Source of the DNA: Vulcanimicrobiota bacterium
Lineage (GTDB): Bacteria > Vulcanimicrobiota > Vulcanimicrobiia > Vulcanimicrobiales > Vulcanimicrobiaceae
Direction: 5' to 3'
Assembly (NCBI GenBank): GCA_963714015.1
Contig: OY970223.1
Location: 2,880,001-2,944,000, forward strand
DNA length: 64,000 nucleotides
Shown here: in pieces, positions 17,460 through 28,003 of the stretch
Numbering within the stretch: the first letter of the stretch is position 1
Layout: every line of letters starts with the position of its first letter
Notes under the pieces: generated by a model
What the model was told of the DNA's origin: nothing
Database searches by the model: none
The model's input: only the letters and a program-made list of their open reading frames with translations
Translations under genes and position numbers: made by a program

Positions 17460-19193
17460 AGCGAACTGGGTGGCGTGAAGGCGGGCATAGGCGCCGCCTT
17501 TGGAGAGCAGCGCTTCGTGGGTGCCCATTTCGAGAACTTGTCCCGCTTCAATGTAAAGAATCGTGTTGGCTCGGCGGATGGTCGATAGGCGATGCGCGAT
17601 GATCAGGGTCGTGCGCCCGGGGAGAAGGCGGTCCAAGGCCTGTTCGATCAGGGCCTCGGAGTGGCTGTCCAAAGCGCTCGTCGCCTCGTCCAAAATCAAG
17701 ATTCGAGGATCGCGCAGAATGGCGCGCGCGATCGCGATGCGCTGGCGCTGGCCGCCGGACAGACGGGTTCCTCGCTCTCCCACCTCGGTATCGTAGCCGT
17801 CGGGAAACGCGCTGACGAACTCCTCGGCGTTTGCCTCACGGGCAGCCTGGCGGACCTGGTCGTCCGACGCTTCCAGGCGACCGTAACGGATGTTGTCTAC
17901 GATGCTGCCGCGGAAGAGCTGCGCCTCCTGCGGCACGATGCCGATGGCGGCGCGCAAATCGCTCAGACGAACCTCGGCCAGATCGACTCCGTCGAGCGTT
18001 ATGCGTCCGCGCTGCGGCTCGTAAAAGCGCGGCACGAGATTGACTATCGTGGATTTTCCGGCTCCGGAAGGCCCGACCAGCGCGACGATCTCGCCCGCTT
18101 CGATGTGCACGTCGAAGTCGCGCAGAACCGGTCCCTCGCCGCTCTCATAGGTGAAGTCCACATGTTCGAAAACGATTTGCCCCCTGACGTGCCGGAGGGG
18201 CCGTGCTCCGTGTTTGTCCGGCCGCTCGACCGGCAGGTCGAGCACCTCGTATACACGCCCCGCGCCGACGACTGCGCGCGAGAGATCTCCGACGAACGCC
18301 GCAAAACGGTTCATCGGATTGATCAGATTCGCCAGTAAACCCCAGTACATGAAGAGTTGACCAACATTGATCCGGTGAACGACGACCTCGCGCGTGGAGA
18401 GCCAGATGATCGCGACGATCGCGCTCGACATCAGGACGGAGAGCACGAGCGGCTGCGTCTGGATGAATTGCGTGAGCTTCATGTAGACGTTGAAATACTG
18501 CTCGTTGCGCTCGCGAAAACGCCGCGATTCGTAGTCTTCGCGGCCGAACGCCTTGATGATCCGCTGGCCGGTGAGCGCCTCCGTCAAAGAAGCGGAAAGA
18601 TCCGAGATGCTCTCCTGCGAGCGGACGCTGCTTGCCGCAATCAGGCGCTGAAAACGCGACACGGCGAGCGAGACGATAGGCGCAACGACCACGAGGGAAC
18701 ACGTGAGCAGCCAGTCCAGCTTGATCATCACGATGAGCGACGAGACGAACGTGACGGTGTTATTGACGAGTTGCGGAAGAGAGACCGTGACCGCGTCCGT
18801 CATAATCTGCAGATCGCTGTTGAAACGCGCTATAAGGTCGCCGGGACGCCATTTTGCGAATTCGCCTAATGGGAGGCGCAGAATTCTTTCAAAGAGGCGG
18901 TCGCGCATCCGCGCGACCAAGTGCTGACCGCTCCAGGCCATCAGGTAACTCTGACCATAGGTGGCGAGCGCGCCCGCGATCAGCGCAGCGAAGATAAGAC
19001 CGAGGGTCACGTACAGTGCTTGCAAATCGGGCTGCTTGGCGGCAATGACCCGATTGATGATCTCCCCGAAGCCCCACGGTCCGACCAAGTTGGTAAGGCC
19101 GCCTACCGTTCCCAAGAAAATCGCCAGGGCCAGCGTGGGATAGTATGGCCGAGCGTCTCGCGCTATGCGCTTGACGATTTCCGGCTGAGTCAT
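17457..19193 (-). CDS. MsbA-like ABC exporter (permease plus ATPase)
   Basis: 6-TM domain, GPSGAGKS, LSGGQRQR, ILILDEATSALD; start MTQPEI. Confidence 0.93.
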   Translation of the reverse strand: MTQPEIVKRIARDARPYYPTLALAIFLGTVGGLTNLVGPWGFGEIINRVIAAKQPDLQALYVTLGLIFAALIAGALATYGQSYLMAWSGQHLVARMRDRLFERILRLPLGEFAKWRPGDLIARFNSDLQIMTDAVTVSLPQLVNNTVTFVSSLIVMIKLDWLLTCSLVVVAPIVSLAVSRFQRLIAASSVRSQESISDLSASLTEALTGQRIIKAFGREDYESRRFRERNEQYFNVYMKLTQFIQTQPLVLSVLMSSAIVAIIWLSTREVVVHRINVGQLFMYWGLLANLINPMNRFAAFVGDLSRAVVGAGRVYEVLDLPVERPDKHGARPLRHVRGQIVFEHVDFTYESGEGPVLRDFDVHIEAGEIVALVGPSGAGKSTIVNLVPRFYEPQRGRITLDGVDLAEVRLSDLRAAIGIVPQEAQLFRGSIVDNIRYGRLEASDDQVRQAAREANAEEFVSAFPDGYDTEVGERGTRLSGGQRQRIAIARAILRDPRILILDEATSALDSHSEALIEQALDRLLPGRTTLIIAHRLSTIRRANTILYIEAGQVLEMGTHEALLSKGGAYARLHATQFA

Positions 19194-19281
19194 CGCGCTC
19201 TCGCTTGCGGCCTCCGAGCCCTGAAACCTCTCTGCCCTGCGGCGGTACATGAGGAACAAAGGCATTCCGGAGAAGCGAATC

Positions 19282-19899
19282 GTGGACTGTTACTTCCATT
19301 CAAATGTTCCGTCCGTAGCAAAGTGCGTCGACTGCGGCAAATCCATCTGCGCGACTTGCCGAGACGAGGCCGGCACCTGTCCCAGCTGCCGCCTGGCGGC
19401 CAAGATCGATTCGGCGTCAGGGACTAAGAAGGCGGTGGCAGGCGAAGTTCCGCCGCGATCGCAGCAATGGTGGAATCAAGACGGACAACAGCAATATCAG
19501 CAGTACCAGCAGCCTGCTCCGCAGGCTCGCGCAACGGTAGCCGAAGCCGGCGACTCGCCCGAGTCCCGCGCCCTCGTTGCGCTAGGCTATCCGGTGTGGC
19601 CGCTGGCTTTGCTCTCGCTCTTCGATCGCAAGCAGTCACGCAGTCTGCGCAAGCACGCGTATCAAGCGCTGGGATTCAACTTCGGAATGTACGGGTTCTA
19701 TGCGCTCCTCTCGTTCATCTCGCACCTTCCGTTCATCGGCTGGACTCCGCTCGGCTGGAGCTCCGACATCGTCCTCGCGTTCATGCTGCCGATCTTCATC
19801 GTGCTGAGCGTCTTCTACGGGATCCGCGCTTGGCACGGCGACGAAGTGCGCGTTCCCATCATCAGCGATTGGCTCGACGACCGCATGCCGGCCGCTTAG
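19282..19899 (+). CDS. B-box zinc finger plus DUF4870-like membrane protein
   Basis: CYFH...CVDCGKSICATC...CPSC, Q-rich linker, ALGYP...HAYQAL...VPIISD. Confidence 0.8.
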   Translation: MDCYFHSNVPSVAKCVDCGKSICATCRDEAGTCPSCRLAAKIDSASGTKKAVAGEVPPRSQQWWNQDGQQQYQQYQQPAPQARATVAEAGDSPESRALVALGYPVWPLALLSLFDRKQSRSLRKHAYQALGFNFGMYGFYALLSFISHLPFIGWTPLGWSSDIVLAFMLPIFIVLSVFYGIRAWHGDEVRVPIISDWLDDRMPAA

Positions 19900-19902
19900 G
19901 CG

Positions 19903-21323
19903 CTATCCGTTAAACGACTGATAGCGAGCAAGAAAAGCGCGCGCCGCCGCGCCGTGATCGACAACCGGCGAGGGATAGGAGTCCGCGCAGAAGAGCGGCA
20001 ACTCGATCTGCGCGGTTGCCCCGGAGATGCCCGACGCAATCGCCGCTCCGGGAACGTGCGCGAGTTCCGGAATCCAACGCTTGACGTATGCGCCGCTCGG
20101 ATCGAAGCGGCGCAGTTGTTTCTTGGGATTGTAGATCCGGGGATAAGCCGCTAAGTCCGCGCCGACGCCGGCAATCCATTGCCAGTTGCCGATCGCCAGC
20201 GCGGCGTCGTCCTCGATCAAATAGCGGTCCCACTCCGCGACGCCGGTGCGCCAATCGACTCCCAAATCGAAGCATAGGAATGAAGCGGCAATCGCGCGCA
20301 CTCGAGGGTGCATCCAACCCGTCGCGTGCAACTGACGAATTCCGGCATCGACCAACGGATATCCGGTGCGGCCCGCGCGCCATGCGTCGAGTGCCGGGTG
20401 CGATGCGGCGAAACGAAACTCGCGCATCTTCTCCTGCAGCGCAAGCGTTTCGGTCTCGGGATGATACCACGAGAGCTGCAGAAAGAAATCTCGCAAAGCG
20501 AGCGAGCGTAGAAAAGCTTGAGGGAACCGCGCTCCTCGGCAAGCAGAAACGGGTCGTCGATGCGTTTGCGCGTTTCGCGCACGATCGTTCGAGCGCTAAT
20601 CGTTCCGAACGTGAGGTCGGGCCCCAGGTGAGCTGTGCGATCGTCCGCCGGCAGATTGAGCGCGAAAGCATACTGGAGTCCGTCGCCGGATAAGAACGTT
20701 TCCAGTTTGCGAAGGGATTGCCGTTCGCCGGCGTCTGCGTATCCCGCCGTCGATCCGAAATCGGCGGGCTGCGGAAGCTTCTCGCTCTCGAGTTCGTTCC
20801 CCGCAAAGCGCAGCAACAGCGGAAGCTCGTACGAGGCGGGCTCCAGCGTGCGCCAAAGGTCGTGATACGGCACGAACGATCGATAACCGTCGCCCGCAGA
20901 AGGCCGCGCGGCCGTTGTTTCTTCCGGTGGTATCGCAGGAGTATCGTGCACGACGATCGCGCGCAGCCCCGCTTCCTCCACCGCGGATTGCAGCCTTTGA
21001 TCCGCTTCCATTCCCGCGCGATCGAACGCGGCGCTCCATCCTACCGCTTGCGCGCCGGACGCTCGCGCAAGTTGCTTTATCACCGTGGAAGCGATTCCGC
21101 GGCGAACGATTAAGCGGCTTCCGCGTTCGCGAAGGGAATGGTCGAGCGCCGCAACGGCGGTGCAGTACGCTTGGGCACGACGCGGCGAAGCGGTCATTCG
21201 GTGCTCGAGCGCGCGATCCAAGATCAGGACCGGAAGCACTTCTCCGTGCGCGGCCGCGGCTGCCAAACCTGCGTGATCGCTCAGCCGCAGATCGCGAGTG
21301 AACCGGTGGATCGCAAGCGTCAT
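19903..21323 (-). CDS. phrB: DNA photolyase/cryptochrome family (frameshift ~20505)
   Basis: FTRDLRLSDH N-terminus; AWRAGRTGYPLVDAGIRQLHATGWMH, NWQW, RIYNP. Confidence 0.85.
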
Positions 21324-21658
21324 TACAGCGAATCCACGTATGCCGAAACGTTTCGAACGTCGCTTTTGGTCAGGTGCCCCGGATAGAGCTTCGGCATGGG
21401 AGGGTCGGGATCGGCGACCACCGATTTGATAAAACCAAAGGTCCGGCGACCGCCTTCGTTTTTTAGGGATGGACCGATCGGGCCGCCCACGCCGGCGCTG
21501 CCGTGACAAGCCGCGCATTCGCGCGCAAAGATTTGCCGGCCGCGCGTGAGATTCGCTCCGGAGACGCGCGGCGATGCGACAGCGCGTCCGTCGCCGTGCG
21601 CGCATCCGGCGATCGTCAAGAACGTAAGGAGAACGGCGAGCCGGCGCGGCAGCGACAT
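21323..21658 (-). CDS. Lipoprotein cytochrome c
   Basis: Lipobox IAG-C, CAACH, PPMP Met ligand. Confidence 0.9.
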   Translation of the reverse strand: MSLPRRLAVLLTFLTIAGCAHGDGRAVASPRVSGANLTRGRQIFARECAACHGSAGVGGPIGPSLKNEGGRRTFGFIKSVVADPDPPMPKLYPGHLTKSDVRNVSAYVDSL

Positions 21659-21715
21659 TCGTCGCGGTTTTGCCAAAAGGGGGCGTTTCTCCCCACTTGG
21701 CGTATCCTGGTGTTC

Positions 21716-22210
21716 GTGCCCGCGCGGAAAGTCTTTATTCGTTTCGCACAGCAGCGCGATGTCGCTCGCGTCATTGCCGAAGGGCTCGTCGGAGGGACTC
21801 CGCCCAAGCGCGAGACCTGGAGCCAGCGCGTCTCACGTTGGCTCGCGGAGCAGCAAGCCGGCCGGCGCGTGGTGCTCCTGGCTGAAGACGAAACCGGAAT
21901 ATTGGGCATGGTACAGCTCGTCTTCGCGTTTCCGCCCGGTTACAACGATCCCGAAGCCGCCAACGGCATGGACGTCGCAATGATGGAGACCCTGCGCACT
22001 CGGGGGGATGCACCCGCCGAAGTCGGGACGCAGCTCGTTACCGAAGTTCAAAAAATCGCCGCCAAACGCAATGTGCGCACACTCACGTTTCTTCTGCCGA
22101 TGAACGCCAACCGCGCGCTTCGTCAAGCCAAGGATTGGGGCTTCGAGGAGTTCCGCATTATGCCCGAGCCGACGAAGATGCTGGCCTTTTTCCGTAAATC
22201 GCTCGACTAA
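21716..22210 (+). CDS. GNAT-fold protein
   Basis: IRFAQQRD...ILGMVQL...VGTQLVTEV...WGFEE. Confidence 0.7.
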   Translation: MPARKVFIRFAQQRDVARVIAEGLVGGTPPKRETWSQRVSRWLAEQQAGRRVVLLAEDETGILGMVQLVFAFPPGYNDPEAANGMDVAMMETLRTRGDAPAEVGTQLVTEVQKIAAKRNVRTLTFLLPMNANRALRQAKDWGFEEFRIMPEPTKMLAFFRKSLD

Positions 22211-22246
22211 ATTCCGGACGCCCCGCGATGAACGCGGAGCGTAAAT

Positions 22247-23302
22247 TTACTGAGTCGGACTAACGCCCCCATCCTCCGTCATGCGGAAGGTGAACGCGTC
22301 GTGATACGTGCCGTCGACCGGACGGCCGTCGACAGTCTTCGGTGTGTATTTCGCGCGCATAGCGGCCTGGCAGACGCTGTTGTCCAGGACGGCATAGCCG
22401 GAGGACTGGGTGATGATGCATTTGCTGGGATTGCCCTGTTCGTCGATCATCACTTCGAAGACTGTGGTGCCTTCGGCGCCTTCGTCGTAGGCGATCATCG
22501 CCGGCTGCGGATTGATCGCAGTCTCACCGCCGAGCGGCGTCGCTTCGCGAACGACTTGCTCCGTCTGCGGATGCATCAGGCGAATCGACTCAGCACTTTG
22601 CTGGAACGTCTGCTGCGAGACCTCGCTGACCGAAGTCGTCGTGGTTTTGGCGACGGTGCGCCACGACGGATCGTTGCGGCGCCAGATAGGAATATCAGAC
22701 TTGCGAACGTCGTGCGGCTGCGCCGTGTCCGGGTGTACCGTAATCTCGGCGATTTGGGAGGGCCCTGCATGCGTCTTCGGCGCAGCGGCTAACGCCGGCG
22801 GCGCAGCGAACGGCGCTCGGGCTATTTGCACGACGTTGTGCACCACCATCAACCGGCGAGGCTGCGGCTCTTGGGCGGCAGGCTTGAACTGCACCGATGA
22901 AGGACGGGTTTCCAACGCGAGGTGCGTAACGGCCGCGGTCGCCGCCGTTGAATGCGCCGCGGGCACGACGTGGTGCATCGCGCCGTCGAGGATCGCGATC
23001 CGCAGGCCGAACGCCACTATCGCACAGGCGCTCACTACGCTGAACGCATAACGCCAGTACCGGGCGCGCGCGCTCAAACGCGAGCGAACGATGTCGCCGA
23101 GCGCAGGCTGCCACACTTCGCTGTCGCGAGCCGACGCGACGCGCGCTGCCACGCGTTCGATTTCGTGCTCGCCGCCGAGCGACTCCAGGCACGACCGGCA
23201 GCCGGTAAGGTGCTCGCGATACTCGCGCCGCTCCTCATCGGTAGCCTCCCCTAGGGCTATTGCACCCGCAATCGCTTCGACGCGATCGTGATTACCTTTC
23301 AC
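22247..23302 (-). CDS. zf-HC2 anti-sigma factor with C-terminal TonB_C domain
   Basis: HLTGCRSC, one TM, Pro/Ala linker, GAEGTTVFEVMIDEQG...SSGYAVLD...YTPKTVDGRPV. Confidence 0.85.
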   Translation of the reverse strand: MKGNHDRVEAIAGAIALGEATDEERREYREHLTGCRSCLESLGGEHEIERVAARVASARDSEVWQPALGDIVRSRLSARARYWRYAFSVVSACAIVAFGLRIAILDGAMHHVVPAAHSTAATAAVTHLALETRPSSVQFKPAAQEPQPRRLMVVHNVVQIARAPFAAPPALAAAPKTHAGPSQIAEITVHPDTAQPHDVRKSDIPIWRRNDPSWRTVAKTTTTSVSEVSQQTFQQSAESIRLMHPQTEQVVREATPLGGETAINPQPAMIAYDEGAEGTTVFEVMIDEQGNPSKCIITQSSGYAVLDNSVCQAAMRAKYTPKTVDGRPVDGTYHDAFTFRMTEDGGVSPTQ

Positions 23303-23820
23303 TTACTCTCCGACATGACCGCGCGCAGTGTGCGCATGGCGCGACATACGCGCTGGCGCACCGCATCCGCGGTCGTTCCGAGGATCGCCGCCGCTTCTTG
23401 CGACGAATACCCCGCATAGGTGGTCAACATAATGGCAGCGGACTGATCCGGCGGCAGGTTGCGCATGGCCACGTGAAGATCGATCGACGACGCGCTGCGC
23501 TCGTCGATGCGCAGCGCCCGCAGATCTTGATCGCGCTCCAAGGGCAAAAACCGTAGAATCTTCTTCCTCCGCAGGTATGAAATCGCCGTGTTGGTCGCCG
23601 TCTTGTAGAGCCAACCCGGCGTCAGCGGCCGGGCCGGATCCGCTTGCAGCGTCCGGTACGCAGCGAAAAAGACGTCTTGCGATATGTCCAGCGCGACGTC
23701 GGCGTCACCGACCATGCGGCGCACGTAGCGGGCCAGCTTCGTTTGATGTTCGCGAACGAGCATCTCGACTCTGGCATGCGCGCCCTGCGCGTCCGTGGCG
23801 GCGAGGTAGACCTGCTCCAC
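23299..23820 (-). CDS. ECF RNA polymerase sigma factor
   Basis: DISQDVF, WLYKTATN, GYSSQEAAAILG..VRQRVCRA. Confidence 0.92.
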   Translation of the reverse strand: MEQVYLAATDAQGAHARVEMLVREHQTKLARYVRRMVGDADVALDISQDVFFAAYRTLQADPARPLTPGWLYKTATNTAISYLRRKKILRFLPLERDQDLRALRIDERSASSIDLHVAMRNLPPDQSAAIMLTTYAGYSSQEAAAILGTTADAVRQRVCRAMRTLRAVMSESK

Positions 23821-23876
23821 TCGTGGCCCCCCTTTGCCATGTAACGCAATTCTTCGGCCCCGTGTGACCCGGCCCC

Positions 23877-24257
23877 CTATTTATGCTTGGCCGGCGCCTT
23901 TTTCTTCATCTTGGCCGCCGCCTCACGCTGTTCGATTTGGAGCAACTGCAGCTGCTGCCACATGAGCAGCTGCTGGAGTTCGGCGGCCCCCGAGGCCATC
24001 TGCGCGTTGAGTTGCGTCGATTGCAGAATGGCCTGAGTCTGAAGGCTGTTCGACTGGGTTTGCAGTTGACTGTTCAAGGTGTTCTGCAGGGTGCTCCGGA
24101 CGATCGCCTGATTGGCGCGGACAGCCGCCGCCGACTCCTGCCGGGCGATTGCGCAACCGGTACAGGGGACAGTCTGGGCGACGGCCGGCTGCCCCGCCGA
24201 CAGGGCGCCCGCCAGGAGAGCGGTTGCCGCGGCAAGGGCGGCTAAGCGGTACATCAT
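23877..24257 (-). CDS. Secreted Gln-rich protein
   Basis: Signal peptide, CTGC, Q-rich helix, basic tail. Confidence 0.7.
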   Translation of the reverse strand: MMYRLAALAAATALLAGALSAGQPAVAQTVPCTGCAIARQESAAAVRANQAIVRSTLQNTLNSQLQTQSNSLQTQAILQSTQLNAQMASGAAELQQLLMWQQLQLLQIEQREAAAKMKKKAPAKHK

Positions 24258-24298
24258 CTTTTAGTATAACACCGCGGCGCTCGCGCGCGTTCCGGCCG

Positions 24299-25315
24299 TC
24301 AGCCGCCGATTTCGCTGAACGCTCGCATCCGCGAAGCGGCTTCGCCCAAGCGCAGATGGTGGCGCTCCGGCTTGATGAGCATCGCGGCGCGGAGCAGCTG
24401 GGCGATCCCCTCCGTCGTCGCCCCCTCACGCAGCGGCGTGCGAAGATCGATCTCGTGGTCGCCGAACAGGCAGAGCCGCAGCCTGCCGTCAGCGGTCAAG
24501 CGAACGCGGTTGCAGCGTTCGCAATAGTCGTGCGATAGCGGGCTGATGACGCCGACGGCTCCCGCTGCGCCCTCGAATGCAAAGTATCGCGCGGGGCCGT
24601 TGCCGCCGGGGCCGTCGCAAGGCCGCAGAACGCCGTTTCTCGCGAGGCGTTCGAGGATTTCATCGGCGCTCACGTACGCTTGACGCTGGACGTCCAAATT
24701 CTCATGTACGGGCATCATCTCGATGAAACGAACGAACACGGGCCGTCGAAGGCTGAAGGCGGCGAAATCCTCGATTTCGTCGTCGTTGCTTTCCCGCATG
24801 ACGACGCAGTTGATCTTCACGGGCGCAAGTCCGCGGTCGATGGCGGCGTCGATGCCGGCAAGGACTCGCTCGAGTCCGGGGCGGCGGGCGATCGATTCAA
24901 ACCGATCCGGGCGCAGCGTATCCAGCGAAACGTTCACTCGCCGCAGCCCCGCGGAAACCAGTTCGTCGATCTGCTCTTCGAGCAGCAGTCCATTCGTCGA
25001 AAGCGAGACGTCCTCGATGCCGGGGGTCGACGCGATGGACTCCACGAGCCGGGCAAGGTTCTTGCGAACGAGCGGCTCGCCGCCGGAGAGCCGAATACTC
25101 CGGACGCCGGCCGACGCGGCCGCTCGAACGATCCGCGCTATTTCCTCGTACGAAAGGATCTGCGACTTCTGGAGCCACGGCAAGCCATTCTCGGGCATGC
25201 AATAGACGCAGCGCAAGTTGCACTTATCCGTCACGGATATGCGCAGGTAGGTAATAGGGCGATTGAACTGGTCCGCAAGCAGCGCAGTGGTCAGATCGAC
25301 GGTCGCTTGGGCCAT
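24299..25315 (-). CDS. moaA: GTP 3',8-cyclase MoaA
   Basis: YLRISVTDKCNLRCVYCMP, CERCNRVRLTADG, C-terminal IGG; own RBS before MAQAT. Confidence 0.96.
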   Translation of the reverse strand: MAQATVDLTTALLADQFNRPITYLRISVTDKCNLRCVYCMPENGLPWLQKSQILSYEEIARIVRAAASAGVRSIRLSGGEPLVRKNLARLVESIASTPGIEDVSLSTNGLLLEEQIDELVSAGLRRVNVSLDTLRPDRFESIARRPGLERVLAGIDAAIDRGLAPVKINCVVMRESNDDEIEDFAAFSLRRPVFVRFIEMMPVHENLDVQRQAYVSADEILERLARNGVLRPCDGPGGNGPARYFAFEGAAGAVGVISPLSHDYCERCNRVRLTADGRLRLCLFGDHEIDLRTPLREGATTEGIAQLLRAAMLIKPERHHLRLGEAASRMRAFSEIGG

Positions 25316-25373
25316 GCTCCCTTCTTTCCCCGCTCCGGGCCCGCGAGACTCCTCGTCTCGCCCAGCCCTGCAG

Positions 25374-26020
25374 CTATCGGCCTGGAAAACGGAGTCCGGG
25401 ATCGGCGTGTTGATTTTGAAGTTGCTGAACGTCGATTTGAGATCGGCGGTGTAATGCGGCACCTCGACGTGGCCGATCTGCTGCGTAACGAGCAGATGTC
25501 CGGCTACGGTACCGTACGTCTGATCCAATGTGGCGTATCCGCCGTCGTTGTAGTTCCAGCGCAGCGAAGTGACTTCCGCCGTCTTGTCGTCCACCTTCGC
25601 GTCGATGTGATCGACACGGCCGTGTTTGCGCGGCACGAGCTTAAAGGTCGTCATTCCGTCCGCATCGCCTTGCGCAGTGACGACGTAAACGTCGTTCCAA
25701 CGGGACGGGCTCTCGACCTCGGGATAAATTTTGCTGAATTGCTTGGCGATGAACGGCAGAGCGCTGGTAAAAACGATCTTGTTCTTGCTCGGTTCCTTGT
25801 GATAATACATCCCGTCGAGCGAGGGACTCAGATACGGAAACGTGCGCATCGCAATATCGGCGTGTATTGCAGCCGTGTAACTCTGCACGCTTTCACTCTG
25901 CGCGACCATGCGCGCCAGCAGCGGCTGAGGTGAAGACGAGGGACTCTGCGCCTGCGCAGTTGCGCCGAGCAGTCCGGCGGCCGCAAGCAAAAGGACGAAG
26001 GATCGAACGCTCCCGGTCAT
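25374..26020 (-). CDS. LolA-like periplasmic protein (reads in frame into moaA as given)
   Basis: Signal peptide, beta-rich body ending FSNFKINTPIPDSVF; TAG at 25374-25376 in the adjacent frame. Confidence 0.7.
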
Positions 26021-27183
26021 ATCGCGTGTAACGCCCTAACCTCTTCGAACGGTTCCAGCGCTGTCCGAACTTCGTCAAGAACGTCCAAATCGCTCTCCAA
26101 TTCTAACGATTTTCTCAGGAAATCGATTGCCTGAGGCGATCCGATGCGGCCCAATGCCCATGCCGCATGACCTCGCACCATCGCATGCGGATCGGCTGTC
26201 GCGGCACGGATCAATGCGGGCACCGCGGCGCGATCCAGCGCGTTCCCGAGCGCGACCGCCGCGTTCCGGCGCAATACCGCCGCGCCGCGCCAGCCCATCG
26301 ACGTGCGCGCGTACGTTCTTTTGAATTCTCCACTGCGCAACGTCAGCAGCCTCTGCAAATCCGGTGCCGACGTCTGCGATCCCAGCGGTACATCAGCGAC
26401 GCTGCCGGACGTGGAGACGCGGCCGTTCGGCGGGCATGCAAGTTGACAGAGGTCGCAGCCCCAAACCCACAACCCGACGAGCGGCCGAAGCGATCGCGGA
26501 ATGCCGCCCGTGCGCTGCGTCAAATCGGAAATGCAGAGCCCCGCATCGATCGTATAGTCACCACGCAGCGCGCCGGTGGGACATGCGGGAATGCAGCGCG
26601 TGCAGCTTCCGCATGTTTTCCGCAGCGGACGATCGGCCGGAAGCGCCAGCGTCGTCACGATCTCTCCGAGAAATACGAACGATCCCGCTTGCGGAGTGAT
26701 GAGGTTGGTGTGCTTGCCGACCCATCCCAAACCGGCGCGAGCGGCGAAGGCACGTTCGGCCAGCGGTTTGGTGTCGCATGCGATGGCCGTAACACTGGCC
26801 CCGGCCGCGTCGTCGATGCGCTCGGCAACCGAGCGCAGCAGCGCTTTCACGCGGTAATGGTAGTCCAGTGACCAAGCATAGTTGGAAACCCGGCCGTTGC
26901 GCAGATCCTCCGTGCCGGCGCTGGTCCGGTACGGTACCGCGACGGCGATGACCGATCTCGCGCCGGGCAGCAAACTCGACGGCGCGGAAGCTCTCTCGGC
27001 ATATTCGGCGTCGTACGGCCAGGCGGTGAAGTCACCGCGCGAAAACGCTTGCTGCATCGCACCGCGCGCCTCGAAATGCTCGCAGGCGTCCGTTACGCGC
27101 ACTGCGGCGGCGCCGAGATCCATCGCGGTACGGCATGCGAGCGTCTTTATCGCTGCGGGATCACAAGGTCGGCAAAGGTCCAT
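26017..27183 (-). CDS. queG: Epoxyqueuosine reductase QueG
   Basis: SNYAWSLDYH, AGLGWVGKH, CGSCTRCIPACPT, WGCDLCQLACP, HEAT tail; start uncertain. Confidence 0.93.
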   Translation of the reverse strand: MDLCRPCDPAAIKTLACRTAMDLGAAAVRVTDACEHFEARGAMQQAFSRGDFTAWPYDAEYAERASAPSSLLPGARSVIAVAVPYRTSAGTEDLRNGRVSNYAWSLDYHYRVKALLRSVAERIDDAAGASVTAIACDTKPLAERAFAARAGLGWVGKHTNLITPQAGSFVFLGEIVTTLALPADRPLRKTCGSCTRCIPACPTGALRGDYTIDAGLCISDLTQRTGGIPRSLRPLVGLWVWGCDLCQLACPPNGRVSTSGSVADVPLGSQTSAPDLQRLLTLRSGEFKRTYARTSMGWRGAAVLRRNAAVALGNALDRAAVPALIRAATADPHAMVRGHAAWALGRIGSPQAIDFLRKSLELESDLDVLDEVRTALEPFEEVRALHAI

Positions 27184-28003
27184 CGCGCACCGGAAAAGCG
27201 GCGTCAATTGCGGCCGCGTCATCGTCGCCGAGATCCCAACCGCAGGCTCCGGCGTTCTCTTCGACGTGCTCGACGCTCGAAGCTTTCGGAATCGCGAACA
27301 CGTTCGGGCTGCGCGTCAGAAAGTTCAAAATCACTTGGCGCACGGTCTTTTCGTGCTTATGCGCGAGAGCGCCAAGCACTCCCTCCGGCTCCGATTCGTT
27401 TCGCGGAAAGCGGCTGCGGCCGAACGGCGTGTATCCCACGACGGCAATCCCTTCCCGCGCGCAGTAAGGGATCACGCGCGCGTCCGCCGTGCGCTCCTTC
27501 AGATGATAGAGCACTTGATTGCAAGCGAGTTTCTCGGTCCGTAGATGCGACTGTGCCGCCCGAACCTCTTCGACGTCGAAGTTGCTGACCCCGATGAAGC
27601 GCGTCTTTCCATTCGCAACGAGCGTCTCCAGCGCGCGCATCGTTTCCTCGAGCGGATGAGAACTCGGCCAGTGCAGCAGGTACAGGTCCACGTAATCCAA
27701 GCCCATGCGACGGAGCGAACGATCGCAAGCTGACAGCGTCCCGCGATACGATGCGTTGCTCGGCAGCACTTTGGTCGTGACGAAGACGGAATCGCGATCG
27801 ACTCCGCGCAGCGCCTCGCCGACGATCTCCTCCACGCGACCCGAGCCGTACATCTCCGCCGTATCGATGTGCGTCAACCCCAATTCGATACCGCGACGCA
27901 GGGCCCGGATTGCTCGCTGTCTGGCGCCTCCGCTCTCGGGAAGATCCCAAGTTCCTTGTCCGATTTTCGGAAGAGCGACGCCGGTGGGACCGAACGTCTT
28001 CAC
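27161..28003 (-). CDS. Aldo/keto reductase
   Basis: IGQGTW, IDTAEMYG, DLYLLHWP, IGVSNF, AIPKA. Confidence 0.93.
   Translation of the reverse strand: MKTFGPTGVALPKIGQGTWDLPESGGARQRAIRALRRGIELGLTHIDTAEMYGSGRVEEIVGEALRGVDRDSVFVTTKVLPSNASYRGTLSACDRSLRRMGLDYVDLYLLHWPSSHPLEETMRALETLVANGKTRFIGVSNFDVEEVRAAQSHLRTEKLACNQVLYHLKERTADARVIPYCAREGIAVVGYTPFGRSRFPRNESEPEGVLGALAHKHEKTVRQVILNFLTRSPNVFAIPKASSVEHVEENAGACGWDLGDDDAAAIDAAFPVRDGPLPTL

Noticed and set aside
24299..26020. 573-aa LolA-like/MoaA fusion ORF
   Set aside because: moaA has its own RBS and start, the linker looks non-coding, a TAG sits one frame over at 25374-25376, a signal peptide is incompatible with cytoplasmic MoaA, and indels are common here.
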